From a bacterium (GTDB lineage Bacteria; UBA8248), in the NCBI GenBank assembly GCA_963692865.2, contig OY843592.1:1280001-1344000 (forward strand): a stretch of DNA of 64,000 nucleotides. The letters are read 5' to 3'. Position 1 is the first letter of the stretch, and every line of letters starts with the position of its first letter. Made by a program: the position numbers and the translations under genes. The notes below the pieces were generated by a model. The model was not told where the DNA came from, made no database searches, and worked only from the letters and a program-made list of their open reading frames with translations. This document shows, piece after piece, positions 56,851 through 64,000 of this stretch.

Positions 56851-57627
56851 TCAAGGTTTGCCGGCCCGGATGGTCGCGCTCGCCAGTTCAGGCGTGACGT
56901 AGGGTTTTCGGCCGATGATCTCCACTTGGGCGAAACCGGCCTCGCGCAGGCCGGCGACGTAAGCATCCTCGCCGATGGCGCCCGCGATGCACGCGCACCA
57001 ATCCGCGATGGAGGCATCTCCGGGCGACTCGGTGGTTTCGTCTCCCGCCGCGATGCCCGCCCGGATGACGTCCGACACCACGAAGCGCCCGCCCGGGCGC
57101 AGCACGCGAAACGATTCGTGGAACACGGCCGGTTTGTCCGGCGAGAGGTTGATGACGCAGTTGCTGATGACGATGTCGACCGAGGCGTCTTCAATCGGCA
57201 TGTTCTCCATCTCGCCCTTTCTGAACGAGACGTTCGCGGCGCCCATGGTTTGTCTGTTCCGCTCCGCCTTCTCCAGCATGGCGTCCGTCATGTCGAGGCC
57301 GATGACGCTCCCCTCCGGCCCCACCTCCTTCGCGGCGAGAAAACAATCCAGCCCCGCGCCCGAGCCCAGATCCAGCACCGTTTCGCCCGGTTGGGGATGC
57401 GCGTCCAGGATCGGGTTTCCGCAACCCGCGTTCGCGCTCAGGACGTCCGGAGGAAGCTCCCCCACGGCATCTTCCGCATAGCCGATGCTCTCGACGTTCT
57501 CCACCCCCATGGGCATCTCGGCGTCCGCCTCTCCGCAGCAGGAAACCTCGCCTGCGGCGACTTTCGCATAGAGTTCCCGAACGGCGTTTTTGATGCTTCC
57601 CGCATCGTCGCAGCATTCAGCGGACAT
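56851..57627 (-). CDS. arsM: Arsenite S-adenosylmethionine methyltransferase-like protein
   Basis: SCCG, AGCGNP, LDLGSGAGLD, ISNCVINL.PDK, WCACIAGA. Confidence 0.85.
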   Translation of the reverse strand: MSAECCDDAGSIKNAVRELYAKVAAGEVSCCGEADAEMPMGVENVESIGYAEDAVGELPPDVLSANAGCGNPILDAHPQPGETVLDLGSGAGLDCFLAAKEVGPEGSVIGLDMTDAMLEKAERNRQTMGAANVSFRKGEMENMPIEDASVDIVISNCVINLSPDKPAVFHESFRVLRPGGRFVVSDVIRAGIAAGDETTESPGDASIADWCACIAGAIGEDAYVAGLREAGFAQVEIIGRKPYVTPELASATIRAGKP

Positions 57628-57734
57628 GGGTGGAATCTCCTCGTCGGTGGTACTGGGGTTTTGCAGATAAATGTCCCGAACGCGTACAGGATAGCAAGGC
57701 CGGGGGAGTGAAGGGAAGGGGGGCGACATGGAGA

Positions 57735-58005
57735 TTGTAGGGACAACCCTTTCGGGTTGTCCTGCCTCTTGTGGTTATCCCTAGTCAGGACAGGCGCGGG
57801 GGTCAGCCCTGACTGAGTGGGGGGGTGTGGGACTTCATTGGTTTTGCTTCGTCGCTTTTGTTCGTCATTCCGGCGCATGCCGGAATCCAGGGTTTCGCCT
57901 TTCGTTTTTTGTCTTCATTGCCCGATCCACCAAAGAGGGGATGAAATGCCGCAATGTGTCCACCCCCATCTGTTCTGGATTCCGGCATGCGCCGGAATGA
58001 CGAAC
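57735..58005. repeat. Intergenic repeat cluster
   Basis: GTAGGGACAACCCTTTCGGGTTGTCC; dRS3-like pair 57863-58002. Confidence 0.8.
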
Positions 58006-58174
58006 CAAGAGCGCGCGCCAGTATTGACCGGCTGCAGGGAAACGCACTGGCCGTTCCATGCGAAACCAAAATCACGGCCAGAGAGTCACGGTTCACCGCT
58101 GCGGGTTGCGGGAAAATCGCTTCCGTGCAACTTTGGAGCCGAGCCGCCCCTAATCCTCTTTCATGCGTCGAGTG

Positions 58175-60907
58175 ATGAGCGAAGAGAAGAAACGAATCTA
58201 TCTCATCGACGGCTCGGGCTACATGTTCCGGGCCTATTACGGCACGATGCGCCAGCGTCTTTCGAACTCGAAGGGCGTGCCCACGGGCGGCACGCTGGCC
58301 TTCGCCCGAATGCTCCTGAAAGTGATTCGCGAGCGCGCGCCGGAATACGTCGCCATCGCCTTCGACCGCCCCGAACCCACGTTCCGCCACGAACTCTACC
58401 CAGCCTACAAGGGAAACCGCGACGCGGCGCCCGAGGACCTGGTCGAGCAAATCCCCTACATGCACCGCGTGGTCGAGGTGCTGCGCATTCCGCTACTCGT
58501 GCAGGTCGGGGCCGAGGCGGACGACATCATCGGCACGCTGGCCGCGCGCGCCGAGGCGGAGGATTTCGAGGTCGTTCTGGTCACGGCGGACAAGGATTTC
58601 GCCCAGCTTGTCTCGGAAAACGTGCGCATCTGGGACCCGATGAAGGACGCGGAGATGGGTCCTGCGGAGATCGAGGCGAAATGGGGCGTGCCGCCGGAGA
58701 AATTCGTGGATATACAAGCGCTCATGGGCGATTCGACGGACAACATCCCCGGCGTGCCGGGCATCGGGGAGAAAACCGCCGTCGCCCTCATCCAGCAGTT
58801 CGGCGGACTCGACCAAGTGCTCGCATCCACCGATCAGATAAAACGCCCCAAGCAGCGGGAGAACATCGAGGAAAACGTCGATATGGCGCGCCTCTCGCGA
58901 GAGCTTTGCACCATCAAGCGCGACCTCGTTCTCGAGGGAGACCTGGAATCCTGCCGTCTGGGAGACGCCGACGTCGAGGCGGGCAGAAAACTCTTCGTCG
59001 AGGAACTGGAATTCAAGAACATCATGGAGCAGCTTCCCGGATACAGCGCGGAAGACGCCGAAGAAACCGCGCCCGAAGAAGCGGCCCCATCAGCCGAAGA
59101 GGAGGAGCGTGACTATCACATTATCCGCACTGCCGAAGAACTCGCGTCGATGATCGCGGAACTGGAATCTGCGGGGTGCTTCGCGTTCGATCTGGAGACC
59201 ACCTCGCTCGATCCCATGAAGGCGCGCATCGTAGGCTTCAGCTTCTCCGCCGCTGCGGGCCGCGCGTTCTATGTCCCGGTGGGGCATGAGACGATGGATT
59301 CGGGCCCCCAGCTTCCGCTCGAAGACGTGCTCGCTGAAGCCTCACCGCTCCTGAGATCACCCGAGGTCGAGAAAATCGGCCAGAACATCAAGTACGACAT
59401 CGCCGTGCTCAAAGAGGCCGGTCTCGACGTTCGCGGCCCCTTGTTCGACACCATGCTCGCCTCCTACCTCCTGCTTTCGAGCCGCAGGAGCCACGGGATG
59501 GACCATCTGGCGCAGGAGTATTTCGGGGTGACGACCATCAAATACGCCGATCTGTGCGGCAAGGGCGCCAAGGAGATCCCCTTCTCCCACGTGCCCATCG
59601 AGGCGGCGGCCCCCTACGCCTGCCAGGACGCCGACATCACGTACCGCCTGGCCGCCGAGATGGCCCCGCAACTCGAAAACGACGGCCTCATAAAGCTATT
59701 CGAGGAACTCGAAGTCCCTCTCCTGCGCGTCCTGCTCAATATGGAGCGCGCGGGCATCCGGCTGGACAGGGAGTTCCTGCGCAACATGGGCAAGGAACTC
59801 GAAGCGCGCCTCGATAAGATGACGAGCGATATCCACGGGTTGGCCGGCGGGGAGTTCAACATCAACTCCACCCAGCAGTTGCGCGTCATCCTGTTCGAAA
59901 AGCTGAACCTGCCCGTCATCAAGCGAACGAAAACGGGGCCATCCACGGACATCGACACGCTGGAGAGGCTTGCGCCTCAGCACCCCCTGCCCCAGGAGAT
60001 TCTGAACTTCAGGCAGCTCTCGAAGCTCAAGAGCACCTACGTGGACACCCTGCCCGAACTGGTGAACACGCAGACGGGCCGCATCCACGCCCGCTTCAAC
60101 CAGACGGTCGCCGCCACGGGCCGCCTGAGCGGTTCGGACCCCAATCTTCAGAACATCCCCATCCGCACGGATCTGGGCCGCCAGATACGCCGGGCCTTCC
60201 TGCCCGAGGAGGGGTGGAAGCTCCTCTCGGCGGACTACAGCCAGATTGAACTGAGGGTGCTGGCCCATTTCACGAACGACCCGGCTCTCGTCGACGCCTT
60301 CGCCAAGGGGGAGGACATCCACGCCACGACCGCCTCGGCCGTCTACGGCGTGCCGCTCGAAGGTGTCGACTCCGAGATGCGCCGCGTCGCCAAGGCGGTG
60401 AACTTCGGGATCATCTACGGGCAGGGGGCCTTCGGCCTCTCCCAGACCATCGGCATCCCGCAGTCCGAGGCGCGTTCTTTCATCGACACCTATTTCGAGC
60501 GCTTCGCCGCCGTGCCCGCCTTCGTGGATGAGACCATCGAGAACGGCAGATCGAGCGGCTACGTCTCCACCATCATGGGCCGGCGCAGGTATCTGCCCGA
60601 TCTGAACAGCCGGAACCGCAACGCGAAAAACGCCGCCGAGCGGACGGCGGTGAACTCCGTCATCCAGGGAAGCGCCGCCGACATCATCAAGCTCGCGATG
60701 ATTGCCATCGCAGACCGCCTGAAGAGAGAAGAGAGAGAAGCGCGCATGCTCGTGCAGGTGCACGATGAGCTCCTGTTCGAGATACCGCCCGCGGAAATCG
60801 AAGCCGTGGCCGCCCTCGTCGCCGGGGAGATGCGCGGCGCGATGCCCCTGCACGTTCCGCTCGACGTGGACGTGAGCACGGGCGAGAACTGGGGCGAGCT
60901 CAAGTAG
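58175..60907 (+). CDS. polA: DNA polymerase I
   Basis: 5'-3' exo LIDGS..FRAYY; 3'-5' exo FDLET; pol motifs ADYSQIELR, KAVNFGIIYG, QVHDEL. Confidence 0.98.
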   Translation: MSEEKKRIYLIDGSGYMFRAYYGTMRQRLSNSKGVPTGGTLAFARMLLKVIRERAPEYVAIAFDRPEPTFRHELYPAYKGNRDAAPEDLVEQIPYMHRVVEVLRIPLLVQVGAEADDIIGTLAARAEAEDFEVVLVTADKDFAQLVSENVRIWDPMKDAEMGPAEIEAKWGVPPEKFVDIQALMGDSTDNIPGVPGIGEKTAVALIQQFGGLDQVLASTDQIKRPKQRENIEENVDMARLSRELCTIKRDLVLEGDLESCRLGDADVEAGRKLFVEELEFKNIMEQLPGYSAEDAEETAPEEAAPSAEEEERDYHIIRTAEELASMIAELESAGCFAFDLETTSLDPMKARIVGFSFSAAAGRAFYVPVGHETMDSGPQLPLEDVLAEASPLLRSPEVEKIGQNIKYDIAVLKEAGLDVRGPLFDTMLASYLLLSSRRSHGMDHLAQEYFGVTTIKYADLCGKGAKEIPFSHVPIEAAAPYACQDADITYRLAAEMAPQLENDGLIKLFEELEVPLLRVLLNMERAGIRLDREFLRNMGKELEARLDKMTSDIHGLAGGEFNINSTQQLRVILFEKLNLPVIKRTKTGPSTDIDTLERLAPQHPLPQEILNFRQLSKLKSTYVDTLPELVNTQTGRIHARFNQTVAATGRLSGSDPNLQNIPIRTDLGRQIRRAFLPEEGWKLLSADYSQIELRVLAHFTNDPALVDAFAKGEDIHATTASAVYGVPLEGVDSEMRRVAKAVNFGIIYGQGAFGLSQTIGIPQSEARSFIDTYFERFAAVPAFVDETIENGRSSGYVSTIMGRRRYLPDLNSRNRNAKNAAERTAVNSVIQGSAADIIKLAMIAIADRLKREEREARMLVQVHDELLFEIPPAEIEAVAALVAGEMRGAMPLHVPLDVDVSTGENWGELK

Positions 60908-60925
60908 CGGAGGCGCGCGTTCGGC

Positions 60926-61588
60926 ATGTCCAACCTCTACGCGGTCGGCGATATCCACGGCCAGATCCACATGCTCGAAGCACTGGTGGAGCGCGCGCCC
61001 TTCCAGGAGGACGATGAGATCGTCTTTCTCGGCGATTACATCGACCGGGGGCGGGATTCCAGGGCCGTGGTCGATTTGCTCATCCGCTTCAAGCGCGAGT
61101 ATCCCAATACCGTGTTCCTGCGCGGCAACCACGAGGACATGCTCCTCGATTACCTCGCAGGCGGCGGGAGCTATCATCCGGGCGTCTACGTGATGAACGG
61201 CGGCGACGCGACGCTGGAAAACTACCGCGATTCGAGCGGCGACGTTCGGCTGCCGCCCGAGCATCTGAAGTTTTTCGACTCGCTCGAGTGGATTCATGTG
61301 AGCCGCGGGTTCATCTTCGTGCATGCGGGCCTGAAGCCGGGCGTTCCCATCGACCGCCAGGACCCGATGGATATGGTCTGGATACGCGAGGAGTTTCTCC
61401 ATGCGGCATACGATTTCGGCGGGCCCGTCGTTTTCGGACACACCCCGGGATGGGAGATGAAGAACGAACTCCCCTTTTACCTGGGTATCGACACGGCCGC
61501 CGTAATGGGCGGGCGCCTGACCTGCGTGCAACTCGCCGAGGGCGAGATCGTGAACTGCCACCAGGTTTCCTCGCAGGAAGTGGAATAA
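60926..61588 (+). CDS. Calcineurin-like metallophosphoesterase (Ser/Thr phosphatase, PphA-like)
   Basis: GDIHG, GDYIDRG, RGNHE, VHAG, FGHT, IDT. Confidence 0.93.
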   Translation: MSNLYAVGDIHGQIHMLEALVERAPFQEDDEIVFLGDYIDRGRDSRAVVDLLIRFKREYPNTVFLRGNHEDMLLDYLAGGGSYHPGVYVMNGGDATLENYRDSSGDVRLPPEHLKFFDSLEWIHVSRGFIFVHAGLKPGVPIDRQDPMDMVWIREEFLHAAYDFGGPVVFGHTPGWEMKNELPFYLGIDTAAVMGGRLTCVQLAEGEIVNCHQVSSQEVE

Positions 61589-61600
61589 GCCGGCCCGCTC

Positions 61601-63886
61601 GTGAAGCGAAAACAAAACGTGATTCCAGACGAGGAGAAAATAATCGGCCTGATCGCGAAAGAGGACAGGCCGATGGCCGTGCGCGAACTCGTGCGCCTGC
61701 TCGAAGTGCGCGCAAACGCCCGGCCCGCGCTCAGGAAGCGCCTGCGCGCCATGGCGGAAGCGGGCGCGCTCGTCCGCGTTCGCGGGCGCTACTCGACGCC
61801 GGGTTCCCTCTCCATCCATCAGGGCGTTTTCCGGGGGCACGCGCAGGGCTACGGGTTCGTCGTCCCAAACCAAACTGGTGGTAAAGAAAAATCTCCCGAC
61901 ATCATGATCAAGAAAACCCGGACGCGCGGCGCGATGGACGGCGATACGGTCTCCGCCCGGGTGGAGAAGGTTCACCCCGACGGGAGGCGGGAGGGGAGCG
62001 TGATCGACGTGATCGAGCGCGCGCACCGCACCCTGGTGGGCAGGCTCTGCGTGGAGGGCCGGAGCGCGTGGGTGGAGCCCCAGGGAGAGCGCATCCCGCA
62101 CCTCGTGGTGCTGGGCGCGGGGAGTCGGGAAGGAGCCAGGCGCGGCGAATGGGTGGAAGTCGAAATCACCCGCTATCCGACCCAGAAAGAACCGGCCAAG
62201 GGGCGCGTTCTGCGTTCATTCGGCTATCCCGAAGACCCCGCCGCCGAGGGACGGATGGTGCTCGCCAAGCACGGGATACGCGAGGATTTCCCCCCAAAAG
62301 TTCTGGAGGAAGAGAAAAGCCTCTACCCGCCGGGGGAGGACGACCCCTTCCCGGAAGGGGTGGAGGATTTGAGGGAGCTTTGCGCGTTCACGGTCGATCC
62401 TTTCGACGCGAGGGACCGCGACGACGCCGTCTCGATAGAAAAACTTCGAAGTGGCTGCCGCCTCGGCGTGCACGTCGCCGACGTGGGCCATTACGTGAAA
62501 GGGGGCGGCGCCATAGACAAGGAGGCCCTCGCGCGCGGCGTGAGCGTCTACCTGCCGGACAGGGCGGCGCCCATGCTGCCGCCGCGCCTGACGGGCGAGG
62601 TGTGCTCCCTCAGCGAGAAAGCCGTCCGGCGGACCCTGAGCGTCTTCATCGACTTCGACCGTTACGGGAACCGGACGGGGGTGCGGCTCACCTTCGCGCG
62701 GATTCGCTCGCGCGCGTCCTTGACCTATCGAGGCGCCGCGGCCGTTCTGGAGGGCGGGGAGATTCTCCAGGAGGGCGAGGCGGAAAGCGCACGCGCGCTC
62801 GAAGAACCGCTCCGGGAACTCTCGGCCCTTGCGGACAAGCTTCATGCGGAGCGCATGCGTCGGGGCGGCCTCGACTTCGATCTGCCCGAAGCGCGGGTGC
62901 TGCTCGATGGGGAGGGAATGCCCGTGAACATTGCGCGCGCCCCGAGAACCTCCGCCCACCGGCTCATCGAGGAGTGCATGCTGGCGGCGAACCGGGCGGT
63001 GGCGGAATACCTCGCCGAGGCGGGCGGGGCTTCCGTCTTCCGCGTCCATGAGGCGCCGGCGGAGGAGAACCTGGAAGGCTTGCGGGCGATTCTCTCCAGA
63101 CTGGGCGTGAAGGCGCCGCGTATTGAGGCGCTCAAGCGCCCCGGCGGGCTTCAGGAGGTATTCGACGCCGTGAGCGGTTCGGACGTGGAGCGCTACGTGA
63201 ACCTCGCCGCGCTCAGAAGCATGAAACTCGCGCGCTATGAGGCCGCGCCCGCCCTCCACTTCGGCCTGGGCTTCGAGCGCTACACGCACTTCACCTCGCC
63301 CATCCGCCGCTATGCGGACCTTTGCGTCCACAGAAGGCTCGCGCGGCTCATGCGCGGCGACGCCGGAAAGCCGCAGGCGAAACCGCTCGCCGCCCTTTGC
63401 CGCGATATTTCAGAGAGAGACCGGACGGCGGAGGCCGCCTCGCGCGAGATGGTCGATTTCATGAAGGCGCTCTTCATGCGCGATAAAGTCGGAGAGCGCT
63501 TTCGGGGCCACGTCTCGGGCGTCGCGAACTTCGGGATATTCGTCGAGCTGGAAGATATATACGTTGAGGGCATGGTCCCCCTCGAATTCATGACGGACGA
63601 TTACTACGCCTTCATTCCCGAGGAGCACGCGGTTCTGGGCCGCAGGACGGGCCGGAGGTTCCGTTTGGGCGACCCCGTCACCGTGCGGGTGGAGGGCGTG
63701 GATCTGGCGTCGCGGCGCGTTACGCTCCAGCTGATGGCGGGCGGCACGAGAGAGTTGGTCGGCGATGCGGCGCAGTCGCGCCGCGCGAGTCTCACCGACC
63801 GCCGACGCCCTGAGAGAAAGAAACTCTCAAGTCCACGGCGCAGGAAGAGGGGGAAGGCGGGGCCCCGGCGGGGCAGACGCCGCTGA
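61601..63886 (+). CDS. rnr: Ribonuclease R
   Basis: GYGFV CSD, TVDP.DARDRDDA, LIEECML.AN, HFGL...YTHFTSPIRRYAD, S1 domain, basic tail. Confidence 0.96.
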   Translation: MKRKQNVIPDEEKIIGLIAKEDRPMAVRELVRLLEVRANARPALRKRLRAMAEAGALVRVRGRYSTPGSLSIHQGVFRGHAQGYGFVVPNQTGGKEKSPDIMIKKTRTRGAMDGDTVSARVEKVHPDGRREGSVIDVIERAHRTLVGRLCVEGRSAWVEPQGERIPHLVVLGAGSREGARRGEWVEVEITRYPTQKEPAKGRVLRSFGYPEDPAAEGRMVLAKHGIREDFPPKVLEEEKSLYPPGEDDPFPEGVEDLRELCAFTVDPFDARDRDDAVSIEKLRSGCRLGVHVADVGHYVKGGGAIDKEALARGVSVYLPDRAAPMLPPRLTGEVCSLSEKAVRRTLSVFIDFDRYGNRTGVRLTFARIRSRASLTYRGAAAVLEGGEILQEGEAESARALEEPLRELSALADKLHAERMRRGGLDFDLPEARVLLDGEGMPVNIARAPRTSAHRLIEECMLAANRAVAEYLAEAGGASVFRVHEAPAEENLEGLRAILSRLGVKAPRIEALKRPGGLQEVFDAVSGSDVERYVNLAALRSMKLARYEAAPALHFGLGFERYTHFTSPIRRYADLCVHRRLARLMRGDAGKPQAKPLAALCRDISERDRTAEAASREMVDFMKALFMRDKVGERFRGHVSGVANFGIFVELEDIYVEGMVPLEFMTDDYYAFIPEEHAVLGRRTGRRFRLGDPVTVRVEGVDLASRRVTLQLMAGGTRELVGDAAQSRRASLTDRRRPERKKLSSPRRRKRGKAGPRRGRRR

Positions 63887-63896
63887 GGCTCTGATG

Positions 63897-64000
63897 CGGG
63901 GTTGTTGAATAAACCCCGGAAAGGGGTTGTTGCCCCCCAATCGAGAGTGTTCACCGTCATTCCGGCGAAAGCCGGAATCCATTTTTACGCTTTTTGCCTT
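63897..64000. repeat. MITE-like end and dRS3-like palindrome (runs off window)
   Basis: GGGGTTGTTGAATAAACCCC; CCGTCATTCCGGCGAAAGCCGGAATCCATTTTTACGC nearly identical to 29651-29697. Confidence 0.8.

Noticed and set aside
56851-57627. Selenocysteine recoding in the ArsM-like gene or other Cys-motif proteins
   Set aside because: All motif positions are ordinary Cys codons and no in-frame TGA interrupts a domain.
59696-62101. 801-aa minus-strand ORF
   Set aside because: Antisense shadow of polA, the phosphatase and rnr; such open antisense frames are expected from high-GC codon bias and it has no recognisable motifs.
5400-64000. CRISPR array interpretation of the many palindromic repeats
   Set aside because: Repeats are dispersed, often inverted, with irregular spacing, and no cas genes are present.

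Overview
This is a high-GC bacterial chromosomal window, probably from an environmental or host-associated lineage (taxonomy not determinable here). I found no rRNA, tRNA, CRISPR array or intact transposase/integrase. The first ~10 kb is an accessory, defence-type hotspot anchored on the 3' end of arfB, which occurs three times. Its cargo is AT-richer: a Fic remnant, an ABC-ATPase + PD-(D/E)xK-like pair (a paralogous pair recurs at 8.6-10.1 kb), a membrane protein with two ComEC/Rec2-type metallo-beta-lactamase hydrolases, and an internally deleted Type ISP restriction gene. The middle holds metabolic operons. One seven-gene operon joins nagZ/amgK-type peptidoglycan recycling to MshA/MshB-like and GNAT enzymes. 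A FadR/GntR unit carries an M24 hydrolase and a DRE-TIM enzyme. There are also maleate-isomerase and alpha/beta-hydrolase genes and tandem bicupins. A B12 acyl-CoA mutase operon with atypical active sites lies next to a 3-sulfinopropionyl-CoA desulfinase-like gene. The end is housekeeping (ruvCAB, yebC, kdsD, polA, rnr). Nearly every long intergenic space is filled with nested palindromic repeats (GTAG-type REPs, dRS3-like palindromes, MITE-like elements with terminal inverted repeats). All family assignments are from motif recognition by eye; no database search was run.
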